Assembly: GCA_010093815.1 (NCBI GenBank) | Contig: ML996585.1 | Reading direction: 5' to 3' (one strand) | Source: Pseudovirgaria hyperparasitica | Taxonomy: Eukaryota | Length of the DNA stretch: 64,000 nucleotides | Part shown: positions 1 to 12,957 of the stretch, piece by piece | How the letters are laid out: each line of letters begins with the position of its first letter | Position numbering within the stretch: position 1 is the first letter of the stretch | The notes under the pieces: model-generated | Database searches by the model: none | What the model was told of the DNA's origin: nothing | What the model saw: only the letters and a program-made list of their open reading frames with translations | Position numbers and translations under genes: made by a program

Positions 1-566
1 GGTCGGAGCGTGGAAGTTCGGAGCAAGAGCTACGAGGCTTGGCAAAGTCAACTTTGGTTGTGCCACTGCTCAGCAGAATACTCCACTCCTGCGATGTATT
101 TATTATAGAGAAGTTGGATTCTCAGGTCGCCTGGACCTCTGGTCTACCAGGCATTGATCTGAACGACTTCTCATCCCAGCAAGCTGCCTTCAAGGTGAGA
201 CCAGCCAGTGTCACAGTCCGCGACACTTTCATTGGTCTTCACCATCGCAATTCTACGAAGTGCATCCAGGAAACTATAAATCATATATGCGATAGCATCA
301 GGTATCAAGCGAACGAATCGAGATACTTCTAATGATTGATTTTCATTCGATCTATTTGCTGTCCGTCGCAACGATATTGTCAATGGACAGAATTATAGCC
401 TTGTCCCTTCTTCACAAAGCGATAGTACAACTTTTCTATCACAACGCCGCTTGAGCATTTCCAGTCCCAGTAAGATAGAGCAACATTCTGCAATGAGGTA
501 TGGGGTTCCAGAGCTCTCTAGATATATCATACCACCTATAAAGTAATAGCTAGGCAAGCGGGGGCT

Positions 567-1974
567 TCAAAATCTGTGTCTCAGGCAATTCAAGCATGCC
601 CGAAGATTACAGTCTTGACACTCGAATATGTACCGTCTGAATAGGCTATGACATCCGCGACACTCGATAAAGTCCTTGCCATTGACAGCAAAATATCTAT
701 CAAATCTGCCTCCGTTGGGTCTGTGTTCGCAGTCCAATTGAAGAGGACTTGGCCATACCGGTGCTTCTCGAGCTCGTACATTTCCTGACCTGGAATTTGG
801 ATCCGTATAGATGATTCGGTCGACCCTCGCGTGGTCACATTGACACGTCTTCCATACCTTGCCGCATTCATAGCAGAACTGGGCACCACAGGGACATCTA
901 TAGGATTAGTGAAATGAACACAGACTGACATCTAAGCACTTACTCAATGTGATTGCATCCGGCATCGATTGCTACCATGTGCCGGCACTTCAAGCACTGC
1001 TGCCATTCCTTCTCCTGTGCCGTCGAGAGTAACGACTTGGTGTCTTTATCCTCGGGACAGAGTCCATCGTGTTGGGGGCTCTTGCATACAGCACAGGTCT
1101 TGCGGTTGCATCCCCGACAAGTACCAACACTGGCCTGTATTCTGTCTGGTGGGATGAATCGGTGGCATAGCTCTTCTGAACAGTATGTCGGATTCGGCGT
1201 CGAGAGCTCAATTCTTCGGATTTCGAATTCGGCCAAAAAGTCTCTCGTGAAAAAGTCTTGAACTGAGCTCAGAGGAATGTGACCCTTACAACAGCGAGGT
1301 GGAAACAAGCCACTGTCGGTCATCGATGCTTCAAACATCCCACGAAGACAATCACGACAGTAATTATGTGGTTCTGGCTGGCAGGAGAGCCGGATCACAT
1401 CAAAATGATGAAAGGACTCGCCACACGACGAGCATTCATGTCGGACGATCTCTTGAGCCTTTCCTTTGCCTTTCCCCAACCGTGCCATTGACGACTCTCC
1501 TTTTACAGAGTTGTCGTCGCTATGCTCGTTTTTTACCAGAATATGCGAAGCTGAGTCATCCCAGTCAAGAAGACGTAGTCCAGAAGTGATCTCAGTGACA
1601 ACACGCTCATCATCATGTACAGCAGAGATGACGAGCGCACAGTCATCAAAGAATCTAGTGGACATGTCGCGGTCTTGTACATTGACCTGCTTTCCTCCTA
1701 GGCGACACGCAAGTTCGTGGTCTTGGCTCGCGGTTCTGTCTTGTTGAACGAGGCGAATGATCTCGGTGCGATTTTGTCTTTCTTCCCGAAGAGAGTTACC
1801 AAGAAATTCAAGGGCGCATTTTCGATCATCGACTATTCGAATGTTTGCCTCGAGCTCTGCTCTAAAAGTTTCGAGAGCATTGTCAATGCCGTCACTATCG
1901 TCGGTGCTTGCAAGAATCGTGTTGATATCTTCGAGCCACAGCCTATAGGCCAACTCGATAGACGCAGGATCCAT
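567..1974 (-). CDS. RBR/IBR-domain E3 ubiquitin ligase (ariadne-like), 2 exons
   Basis: The ORF has RING1 (CSSC..HNYCRDC), IBR (YCSEELC..CRGCNRKTCAVC..H..LC) and RING2 (CLKC..GCNHI). A GTAAGT..CTAAT..TAG intron (~899-943) joins an exon reading CPCGAQFCYECGKVWKTCQC...CQDCNLRACLNCLRHRF*. Likely start is MDPASIELA at 1974. Confidence 0.85.
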
Positions 1975-2291
1975 GTTTGATGAAGGTAAGATGAATGAAA
2001 TGGATGAACAAGGCCGATCAAAAACTGCAGCCACTGCCGTTTCTCTGCCATCGCAGCACCAGCACCAGACAACAACACTATAGGACGAAGTGAACAAGTT
2101 GCAGTTCACTTGTCCTGAGACCTTAGAACAACACCGCGACACTAGCTGCCATGTTCGATGCCAAGTGATCAGAAAAGTTGTGTTATGACCTTATCTTGGC
2201 GTTAAACATCAGATAAAGTGATCCTCTAGATTGAAATAATAGTTATAACACTTGGAGCAAGTTCTTTGATTAGTGCTCAGGAACATAGAGT

Positions 2292-2883
2292 TCAGTATCC
2301 AGGACTGAAGCCCAGGGTTCTACGACCAAGGTGCAAAGAAATCTCAACCTCTCTCAAAAATATCTTCCATCCCATTCTACATGCCCTTGCTGCTCTTTCC
2401 GGCCCTGATATATCGTTAGTGAACAGTTCGAGCGGCAATATCCACTTTCTACTCACCAAGTCCATTCAACATCAATGCCAATACCACCATTAAGAAAGCA
2501 TTGCACAGTCCCAAAATAATCACCAGCCGCTTCTGCCGGTTGACAACATATTCTCTTCTGAAACCATCCACTTTCAGCTCGCAATGAATGACAAGCCTTC
2601 CCTTTCGACCTTTACCACGGCTTGTAGAAATGGTCGTGTAGCGGTCGGGCATGTGGCAGCCAGGGCACAGCATGTTGTCTTGCTTCTCGAAGTCGAGTGC
2701 TTGGAGTTCTTCGAGAGATTTGAACGCCCTAGAGGTCACGATATGCATGTGAAAGTCATGGGGTGGACCGTCCTCGAGAGGAAAAATATAGGTTGGTGCT
2801 TTCAGGGAGGTGGTCGACTTCATGACTTTGCTAGGTCCTGCGACTGCTCGCTTTTTCTCATTGGCAGATCTTGAAGGCGACAT
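2292..2883 (-). CDS. Hypothetical protein with one predicted hydrophobic/TM segment, 2 exons
   Basis: ORF MSPSRSANEKK... with CPGC and hydrophobic LVIILGLCNAFLMVVLALML. A canonical GTGAGT..CTAAC..CAG intron (~2406-2455) extends the frame to TGA at 2292. No family recognised. Confidence 0.5.
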
Positions 2884-3765
2884 GGTCGTTGCTGAAGAGC
2901 GAGAAAGGGGGTAACAAGCAAGATAGGGAGTAAAGAGCGAGAGAGGGAGCAAAGTGGAAGATGAGGTCTTGAGACCCCCTTGTTAACGTTCAATTGATAT
3001 AATTCATCTCAATTGAAATAGGGAAGGGACAGTTCTCAAACGCAGTTGTAGCATGTCATCTTTCACTCCTATATCATGGGCTATACACGCATCCTGGTTC
3101 CATGATAGCGTCCACAGTCCACCTGTTACCGTGTCGTATTCGACCCCTGTTTTCAATCTCGGGTGACTAAACTTCTCGATAATGAATACTGCGGGCATAT
3201 GGTGTAATGTTCTATGGGTCCCCGCATTGATCAAATCTGTTTTTCCATTCGAGAGTAGTGAATAAAATGTATGTGTTGATTTATCTCGAACTATATGAGA
3301 CTGCGCTTACTCCCGGGAAGGGAGACTTCAAGGTACGACAGACAGGAAAATGACAGCACCGCAACTATGTTCGCGTAGTTTGTGAGTTCCATTAGAGAGC
3401 TTACATGATGGTAAATGTCACACATCTGAAGCTAAGTATTAGTGTATGCATGGGTTTAGCACGGCTGGGCCTACGAGAAAGGACTGTTTGTTGTTCAGCA
3501 TAATGATCCTGTATTGAGTTGTGATGTAAGTCTAGTACCTTTTTTAGGTCCTCGAGTGCCTAATTCGCCCTGCGTACTGATGGTGATCAAAATCATCCTC
3601 CAGCGAAGCGGATGCCGTAGAGTTTCAGTTGACGACATCTTCTTCCCCTGGCCTACTCTATGATACCCAGTTCTTCATGAGTGTGAGTGTCATATAGTGG
3701 TATAGACATACTAGCATGTCTTCATGCCGCAAAAACGTATCGCTCTCAGTACTTTCGTCCTTCAT

Positions 3766-4197
3766 CTAGTACCGGTACCTGGTGGAATAGTCCTTTGGAC
3801 TGACTACCAGACCGCGTCCCTTCTTCGCCCCTCGATATATGGCCTCAATGATATCAATAAGCTCCTGCTTGTCCTCCAACACCCAGTTCAGCTTATTGTT
3901 GTTACCCGTGCCGAAATCACACATCATGTGTTTGTTGCGGTAGAAGAACATGATCGTCATTGGGTCGTACAGTTCGTACATTTGGTTGAAGTCGGACACT
4001 TCGTCGAGATCGCAAAGGTATACGACGGCAAAGTTCTTGACGCGGTCGGCGATTTTGTAAAGGACTTCGTCTTGTCGCATGCAGTCCGGGTCATAGTCTC
4101 GACCGAAGCGGATCACCACGAGCCGCTCCTCCTCTGACATGATGGCTTGGTCCACATGCCAGCCGGTGCGGAGATGAGGAAGAACGACAGAACCCAT
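3766..4197 (-). CDS. DIB1: U5 snRNP thioredoxin-like protein Dib1/Dim1 (TXNL4A)
   Basis: 143-aa ORF MGSVVLPHL..WHVDQAI..RFG..CMRQDEVL..KGRGLVVSPKDYSTRYRY, the characteristic Dim1 family sequence. Confidence 0.97.
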   Translation of the reverse strand: MGSVVLPHLRTGWHVDQAIMSEEERLVVIRFGRDYDPDCMRQDEVLYKIADRVKNFAVVYLCDLDEVSDFNQMYELYDPMTIMFFYRNKHMMCDFGTGNNNKLNWVLEDKQELIDIIEAIYRGAKKGRGLVVSPKDYSTRYRY

Positions 4198-4408
4198 AGC
4201 TAGCTGTGTAAGGGTCGGAAGCTGAAGGTGTTAGGAGGTTGATGGGTGTATAAAACTACTACATACTCAGCCATGTCTGAGAGTTGGATGTTATCTAATC
4301 GCACGTGACGCCAAGATTTCACGATTCTCCGCAAAAAAGTACTCGACAATCTTGCCATTTTGCGATCACCGGCCAACAAACCCACAAAGAACATTCTAAC
4401 TCGCCACC
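4198..4408. promoter_or_regulatory. Compact bidirectional promoter between DIB1 and NSA2
   Basis: Head-to-head start codons 211 bp apart; a CACGTG E-box lies near 4302. Confidence 0.6.
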
Positions 4409-5243
4409 ATGCCTCAGAACGAGTATATCGAGCGCTGGCAAAAACAGCACGGCAAGCGCCTCGATCACGAAGAGCGCAAGCGCAAACGCACTGCCCGCGA
4501 AGGCCACAAAGCCAGCAAAGATGCACAGAATCTGCGTGGCCTGCGGGCCAAACTGTACGCACAGAAGCGGCACAAGGAGAAGATACAGATGAAGAAGACG
4601 ATCAAAGCCCACGAGGAGCGCAATGTCAAGTCGTCCGATGCCGCAGAGCCCGGCACCACACCCCTTCCACAATATCTGATGGATCGTTCCAACGAGAAGA
4701 ATGCTAAGGCATTGAGCTCGGCAATCAAGCAGAAGCGGAATGAGAAGGCGGCACGGTTCAGCGTGCCACTACCAAAAGTCAAGGGCATAAGTGAGGAGGA
4801 GATGTTCAAGGTGGTCAAAACGGGTGCGAAGACGAAGAAGAAGAGCTGGAAACGCATGATAACAAAGCCAACGTTTGTCGGGCCTGATTTTACTCGTCGT
4901 CCGGTCAAGTATGAGCGCTTCATCCGGCCGATGGGTCTGCGGTACAAGAAGGCAAATGTGACACACCCAGAATTGAGTGTGACAGTCCAGTTGCCGATCA
5001 TTAGTGTCAAGAAGAATCCACAGAACCCGATGTATACGCAATTGGGCGTGCTTACCAAGGGTACGATCATTGAAGTCAATGTGTCGGAACTAGGATTGGT
5101 CACAGCTGGCGGCAAGGTGGTATGGGGTCGATATGCACAAGTCACGAATAATCCAGAGAACGATGGCTGCATAAATGCGTAAGTGATCATGCACCGATAC
5201 AATGAACTATCCCCTGACATGATATAGTCTGCTTCTCGTCTAA
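4409..5243 (+). CDS. NSA2: 60S ribosome biogenesis protein Nsa2
   Basis: [43 protein letters not shown] terminal GTAAGT..TAG intron (5179-5227) restores the conserved end NALLLV*. Confidence 0.96.
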
Positions 5244-5742
5244 ATTTTATTACGATCGGATCCACATGGTATACAGCATCGTTGGCGTCTGGTGTTCAGG
5301 ATTATGGCTGCTAAATTTGGGAGTTCAAGTCTCTCTAAAGCCACTCAGGGGTTTGAAAGGGTAAAAGGTTTCAAAATTATTGCTGCATACCAATAGCGGA
5401 TATAGATTGGCAATGAAAACTGCCTCAACTGAAGTAGTTGAAGGATGCCGTGGCAATATCGTCCACAAATGCATCGCTTTTATCCAACTCCAAACGTAAC
5501 CCGTGTGCGCTTAGTGCAAGGAATGATATGTACAAAGTTGCTACCAGAGGCTCCCCAGAACAGATCGTGGAATGATAAGAGAGAAACTGCCAGAACTATG
5601 CAGCACCGTAGCGCCATGCTCGCAGAATTCCAAGGGATGGGAGATGATACAGTGCGATGTGGACACATGCAACCACTTGTCCGGTATCATGAAACAAGAA
5701 ACAGATGAGAATCGTAAAAAGTCATCATACTTCAACAGAGCT

Positions 5743-7537
5743 CTAATCCTCATCCACAAGGTGATCTTGTAAGTCCCGGATCTTAGCATAAAAGCTTGCA
5801 GGATACTGCCGTATCTCTTCGTCGGTCGGAGGTGCCTTGTTGGGATCTCTAAATCTTAACGCGACGCGTTGAATGATTTGAGCGAGGACGTCTTGGGAGA
5901 TCCTCAAGTCTTCATTGCTATCTGGGTTCAAAAATGTATCCTGTTCACCCAACATTTCCGGAATCGTCGGTCGTTTATCCGGGTCTCGGTTCAAGCACCG
6001 CCGAAGTGTGTAACGAAGGCTGGAGGGTACGCGCACGTCACCCACGCCTCTACTAGGAAATTCAATTTTGAAGCTGTGATCGACGATTGCCATAACGCGC
6101 CGTATTTGGGATGAGATGTGAGCAAATGGAGGGCGACCATATACCATTTGGTACAAGATACATCCCATACTCCATACGTCACTAGGCTTCCCTAGCTTCA
6201 TCATTTTCCCGATGGAGGATCTGCCGGAGCCACGGTGGACTGCATTGGTGTCCTCCAAAGACTCTGGTGACATGTAGTTCGGTGTACCCACATGGCTGTC
6301 GCGGTGAACATTTACAGTGTTGTCGATGTCGATAGCGTTGGCAATGCCAAAGTCAATAAGCTTCAGTCGGCCTTGGACCAGCAGAAAATTGGCCGGTTTT
6401 AGATCTGAGTGGACGATGTCGAAATCGTGTACTGCTTGAACACATTCAAGCATTTCTTTCCAGTAGTAGCGTGTAAACGTAGGATCAAACTTTGAGCTTT
6501 CGTTGTCGAGCTTGAGACGAAGAGTTTTAGCCAGATCGGATTCACCAATCTCCATCAACTGAGAACACATCAGTAAGGCTTCATAGGAAATACTGTTCAA
6601 ATTAACATACCACACTAAGACGTTGCTTGTCCTCGTCTACTTCATAATCGAACAGTCGCACAACTCGATCGACATCTTCGAGCTTCTTGAGAAGCTGGAT
6701 CTCGCCCTTGTAGCCGCGCACAGCACTTTCATCGGCATCTTCCAGTTTGACCAGTTTCAAAGCAAACATCTTTGCATTTTCGGCCATCACTCGGTATACA
6801 TCGGAGCTTCCGCCTTTACCGATCTTTCCCATCTGAGAGTATATCTTCCCGTTCACCATGATGTGATTCTTCCGTCTTTTCGTCTTTGTGGTTGAGGCAC
6901 CACCCGCAGCAGTAGCTGTCTCTAGGACTGACATCTTCGGCGGCGGTGGGGGTGCGGGCCTCAGAGGAGTATTCGCACTTAGGGAAGCAAGAGGAACATG
7001 CCTTTCCTCCCTGGATTCCCTCGTCTCCCTTGATATTGAGTCGATCATCGCTACAGGACTGTCTTTCCTCATAGCCGTCATTGGTACATTCTCCTGATCT
7101 TGTGAAGGTGGCGCCTCGTCTTCTCCTTGCAGCGTTCGCTTCTGTCTTCGCATAGGAGCTCCCTTGACATTAACCCTCTTGATCCTCATTGACAGCGCCG
7201 GTGTTATGTGTGATTCAGGCTTTGGTGTATTCGATGCTGAAGGGTCCCTCGTAATTCGTAGCTTTGGTTCACGTCGTTGTCGTTCCGGTGAATTGATTGC
7301 GTTATGGGCGATAATCTCCTCTGCGTACTTGCTTAGACTTGGAGCTGGTCCCTCGTCGTCTGAGCTGTCACCAACGTGGATGCTCTGCAGCATAGGCGCA
7401 TTGTCCGTGAAGCCCTGCGACATGCCCAGCGCAGCCAGAGGAGACTCTCGCCTACTTTGCATCATCCGCGTTGATGCATGTCGAGTAACCCTGCCGTTGC
7501 CATATGAAGGTAGCGGTGTCGGAGACGCCGCGGCCAT
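5743..7537 (-). CDS. MPS1: Spindle checkpoint dual-specificity kinase Mps1/Mph1 (TTK family), 2 exons
   Basis: Kinase motifs IGKGGSSDVY, ALKLV, HSDLKPANFLLVQGRLKLIDFGIANAI, VGTPNYMSPE, KPSDVWSMGCILYQMVYG. Intron 6559-6610. Confidence 0.93.
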
Positions 7538-8167
7538 CGAAGCTATATTTTATGGTATATGGCGGCGCGTCGCGAAGCAAAATCCGGATAAATGAATGTT
7601 GAAGGTGTTGACTATCGGTCCATAGGATATTCGGCACCAAAGGATGTAGGTTAGCAGGCAAAAATCCAAAGTCGTCGCGTCGTGAAACATGCGGGCCCGT
7701 GAGAGGTCAGAAGTTGACATCCCTATGCGGAAGTGAAGCCAAGCTAGAGTTGCGCCAGCAACAACTCGGTGTAAACAATGGTGATTAAGCGAATATGCCT
7801 CCTGCCGTCATTAGCGTTGCGAACACGAGACTAATTAATGCTCAGCTACAGATTTACGAGTGCAGACTAATTATTCTACACATTGGTTGCAATATGTTAA
7901 TATTGAACAGTACATGGGACGATATGGACGACATGAGAACAATGTCACTCTGATGCAAATGGTCGTTTGCATTGGGCTGCAAGCCTGTCTGCAAGGACCA
8001 TATTATAGAGTGCAGTAGACCGCGAGATCCATCACTCACAAGTTTACATATACCTCATTTACTCGTCTACACACCACCCAACGAAGCCAAATGCAAAAAA
8101 AACCCAATGTAGCCGACTGCAAACGCCACCAAATGCTGTTTTGTGAGACTATGCAATCGTGGTTATC

Positions 8168-9498
8168 TCAAAGCTTGGCAGTCGATGACTCAAGCGGATT
8201 CACGGCGATGACAACGACGACACATATATCGTCAGGCTTCCCGCCATGCCATTTCTCGGCAGGATAATAACGTCGTACCTCCCTTGCGAAAGGACCGTCT
8301 CGTCTAGCGTTCAGACCCGCTCGTTTGGCCTCTTTTGTGACCGCACGAGCTATGAGAGACTGAAGCGTCTGCCTGCCACTGGCCTGCTCAGTCGCCACGC
8401 CCAATTTCTTACTGACCGTGATGCCAGCTCCAGAGTCTGTCCAAGCACCGTTGTCTATCATGTACCTACTAACGATCTCGAGCGTATCTTGAGGACTCAG
8501 ATTGTCCCATACACCGTCTGTCGCGAGAACTAGAATGTCCCCATGGCTGAGATCGTGCATAGTAACTTTCGAATCTTTCGGGTTATCTGCAAAAGCGCTT
8601 TCAGTCCCGAACATGGCCATTTGAGCCCTCATTCTTCGAGGTATCTTCGAAAGTTGGAATGGCGTGTTGAAAGCGTGGGTTTGGGCATCTGATGTAAAGC
8701 TTATCTTGCCCCGACCAATATGCACGAAGCCAGAATCTCCCAGACTGCATCAAGTCAGCTCTATGCTCTCGGTAGCCCAGATGGAACCTACTTGGCAACT
8801 TCTAGGGCCCCATTGGGATGAGCCACACCAATGCAGGCCGTACTCCCACCGGCATTGATCGTATTATCATTCATGACCTTGTCGTATCCCGATTGCATCA
8901 GATCTCTAGGCCTGATCGATTTCTTCGACTGCCCTTCCACATAGCCAGTGGCAGATATAGCCATATAATCACAAAGTGAATGGGCAAAGTCTGCAGGGTC
9001 TACTCCTGAAGTTACCCATCCCCCAACCCCGTCCACTACACCAAATGCCGTTGAGCCTGTACTGCCAACTTCTGATACAAAGAAGGAGTCTTGACCGCTT
9101 CGAGGCCGATTTTGCTTCGTCAAACGCCCGTTTGCATCTTCCAACGTAGGTTTTGTATTTATATTTTCATCGTGATTGAAGTTATTCCGGTTGAGGTCCA
9201 ATTGGGCATTCTTGGCGGAATACGATGCAGATATACGATAAGTGAGCGATGGTTCGGATCGGTCCATTGCTGACGTATGGAATGGCCTTAAAGAGGTGAC
9301 TTGCGCTGAGCAGAGCCACGGCTCTTTCGGCCATGTTGTGTAGGAATTAGGGAGGCTAATTGACCCCGATGATCGGGCAGAGGTGGCAGAGGATGATTGC
9401 GGCGCTAAGAGTAGGTGGTTGTGGTGCAACGATGAAGGAAGGAGTGAGAAAAGACTGCTCGAAAGTTGTAGACCGCGTCTCCAGTGCATAGTTGACAT
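8168..9498 (-). CDS. PTC7: PP2C-family phosphatase Ptc7/Azr1, probable mitochondrial presequence
   Basis: GQDSFF, GVVDGVGGW..GVDPADF, GGSTAC, AN|LGDSG (intron 8745-8791), FNTPFQL, ATDGVWDN, GGKPDDI. Confidence 0.9.
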
Positions 9499-10013
9499 TG
9501 AGCCTCCTTCATGCGAATGATATCAGACCAGAGCGAGCATACTGAATACAATCATAGAAGCGCCTAGGTATTCAACAGCTGTAGTGTACAGTCGCCAGAA
9601 TCATGAAAAGCCTAACAATGTCTAGTAAGCCGATGAGGCTTGAGATTATAAAGTGGACCCTGAATATATGCGAATGATAGGGATCTTGGCGGTACCTGCA
9701 TGTACCTATGATTCGGGTACTCTCTTTTGTGGGCGACAGCACAGGGAAACGCATGTCGTGTCGATACCATTATCCCTACACTGTCAAGAGATCTCTAATG
9801 CGCTGCAAATAGCTCGAACTTTGGGGCGAGCCCAAATCATATTACATACTTCCAAGGTTGTGTAGCTAGTACGCGTGCCTTAAAAGGGTATAGCGTCGCA
9901 TTGGAGACACAGGCGCCAGGCGGCCTACAGCTTCAGCTTCTAGAACTCCATGAGCTTGAAATACATCACAACGCTTTGTGTGCGCCAGTATCGCCCGCGC
10001 ACTTCCATACAGA

Positions 10014-11788
10014 ATGGTGTCTCATATCCACCCCTCGAGGCAGGCTTTTGTGGAGGAGGGATCCGATGACGACGTAAGTAGTGCCATAGCTATCAAAGCT
10101 ACATCTCCTCAAAGCACATCGTGGATTCACAAGCTTTTGCAAACAGACAGTCATCTACTTCCTCCACCCAAGCATTGCTGATCATGGATGTGAATACTGT
10201 AGGATCAAGATATGGGGGTCGAGCTGACCAACATCCGTACGTACCAAGATTGGGTTTGAAGTTGCTCTACTCACCATCTTCAGCTCTCGACCATGACTAT
10301 ACCATGCGATCCGCTGGAGGCGAAACAAGTATGCCGTCGGAAAAGGCGAGTGCCATCATGTCACAGTTCGAGCGAAAGCGCCGGGCTGCTGCCATTGCCG
10401 TACCCACTGACGATACGCGTGTCCGGGCGCGATTAAGAGAATTGAAAGAGCCAATGACCCTATTCGGAGAAGGACCCGCGGAGCGAAGAGACCGTCTGCG
10501 AGAGATATTGACGTCGATCCAAGAATCGGCTGATCACCTACAGGATGAGGTCATGCGCGATGCGACTGAGCAGCCTGACGACGAAGGTGAAGCGCAAGAA
10601 GAGTTCTATACCATAGGGACAGACGCACTACTGAATGCGAGAAAGCACTTGGCAAAATACTCTCTGGCCAAAGCTCAAGGACGAGTACTGTATCAAAAAC
10701 AGGAGGCTACCATCCCGCTCAGGTCGCACGTAAAGCACCGCGAAGACATAAAGCACGGCCTCGCGACGTTTGAACTTTTCGGCTCGCAGGTCGCCGGTGA
10801 CAGACCTGTCAGTTTAGCTCGATTCTCACCAAATGGCCAGTTGGTCGCAGCTGGCCATTGGGGAGGTGGAATCAGGATCCTAGATGTGCCAAACCTCGAA
10901 CAGAAGCATATTTTCAGGGGACATACAAGCCAGATTGGTGGGTTGACATGGTCTCCGGGTGCTACATTACCAGGAAGCAATGTCTCTACAGGATCAGTCA
11001 ATTTGGCCTCAGGGGGTGGAGAAGGACAGATACACCTATGGTCATTGGAGAAAGATGTGCCGCTAGCTACACTATCTGGACATCTCGGACGCGTATGCCG
11101 AACTGAATTCCATCCCTCGGGCAGGTACCTCGCTTCTGCATCGTATGATACCACCTGGCGCATGTGGGACGTAGAGACAACAACCGAGTTACTGCTACAA
11201 GAAGGTCATTCGAAAGAGGTATACACAGTTGCCTTTAACCCTGATGGCTCCCTCGTGGCCAGCGCCGGTCTTGACAGCATAGGTCGTGTATGGGATGTCC
11301 GCAGTGGACGCTCTGTCATGGTCCTGGACAGCCACATTAAGCCAATCTACGCTCTGGACTGGAGCATCGACAGTCATCGCATCCTGACCGGCTCCGGCGA
11401 TGGGTTTGCCAAGTGCTGGGACATCAGAAAGATCAGAGAAACAACAGCGATTGCGTCCCATCAGGGAGGTGTCACAGACCTGCATTGGTTCAAAGGCGTA
11501 GATGGCCCATATAGCGGCAAACCCCTCGCAACAGACGCAGAAGGAATGCCGGTGCCGAAGCACGCAGGCACGTACTTTGTCTCATGCGGCTTTGACAAGA
11601 AGATCAAGATATATTCATCCGACGACTGGGAGATTGTCAAGGTGCTCAGTGGTCATACTGGAAATGTTCTCAGCGTAGACGTCTCCTCGGACGGCGAATA
11701 TATTGCCAGTAGCGGCCACGACCGAACGGTGAAGATATGGAAGAGAGATTTGCCTGTGACTGAAGCTAGAGAGAACATGGAGGAGTGA
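10014..11788 (+). CDS. PRP4: U4/U6 snRNP WD40 protein Prp4 (PRPF4)
   Basis: First exon [15 protein letters not shown] followed by a GTAAG donor. PRP4/SFM motif ([34 protein letters not shown]) and 7 WD40 repeats ([30 protein letters not shown]). 5' exon structure approximate. Confidence 0.92.
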
Positions 11789-12957
11789 GACAGATGATAT
11801 TCTCCCGTATCGTGAGATATATCTCTCCTCCAATCACTCTTGAGCATAGCACATGCTTACACAGGCACAGCGATCCGAGACGTCAGCCAAGCTGGCGACA
11901 AGCTCAAGGCTCTTGAAGGAAGAGCTTCGTCGGTAATGTGAGGGACTCTACTAGTGCCGTCAGACGAACCATGCTGAAGGCAGATAGTGAGCGAAATGAG
12001 ACCATCGCTCAAGTAAGAGAGAAGTAAACTCTGGGGTTCTGCACGAAGAGGAGCGGCCAAGATACTGATACCAACAAAATGAAAAGCTTTCACATCAATT
12101 TTTTGCTGTCGACGCACCAAGCTCAAACGTGCCATCCATTTCGTACTGACACATCCGCATCTAGGTATGTAACAAATTAGACTACGATATTCCGGTACGT
12201 CAAGGGCGGTATCGACATCGTCCAACCCTTAACCCAATTGGTTCCTACAGCTTAAGCAGCTTCCCCAGATTTCACCCCGCATCCTGGTAGTGACAGTGAT
12301 CTCCCCGTAGTCATGCACATTGCAACCTCTACAGGGCATTCATCCATCACGAGCTGATATCAGTCTGCTGGACACCTGCAGGTCTTTCAACCAGCGGGAC
12401 ATGCGACCACGATGTTCTCTCGCTCTCTACACATCAGATATCCGAACTTCCCCATCTAGACTAGCCAAGCTCCCGGCAATCCGGTACCAACCACCTCCCA
12501 TCCATCCGTTCGCAGCAAAACAGTCAAAACACTGTTGATGTGCAAGGATGCAGTCGCCGGCGGGTGATTTCCATGCTCGAGATGCGCGGTCCTGGCTCGC
12601 TCTCCCTCGCGATAGTGATCACAGCATGCAGTCAGCTGGAGCGATGCCCGGCTTGTGCAACTCGAGCTCTAATATCCATTCGCATAGCAAGCATAGTACG
12701 AGGTTGGTACCGGGCTCACGATCTATTGACTACATGCCACTTACTGGAAGAGTACCAGATATTTGTCGCCTGCCATGCTAAGCAAAGGTCAGGCTTCGCG
12801 CGGCGAGCTTGCTGCTGGGCAACTGAACGGGGTGCTGAGTTGCGGGAATTATTCAAATAGGACGCGTGCGCCCGCGTGGACGAGGTGGCGCGTTGCACAT
12901 CGAACGTGGTTTCTTGTGGCTTTGTTGTGTATCTGGGTGCTGGTGCTGTACGGTGAT

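Noticed and set aside
590..931. 113-aa ORF as a separate gene
   Set aside because: It overlaps the Cys-rich second exon of the RBR ligase in a different frame and starts inside its intron.
4465..5265. 266-aa minus-strand ORF
   Set aside because: Antisense shadow of the highly conserved NSA2 coding sequence.
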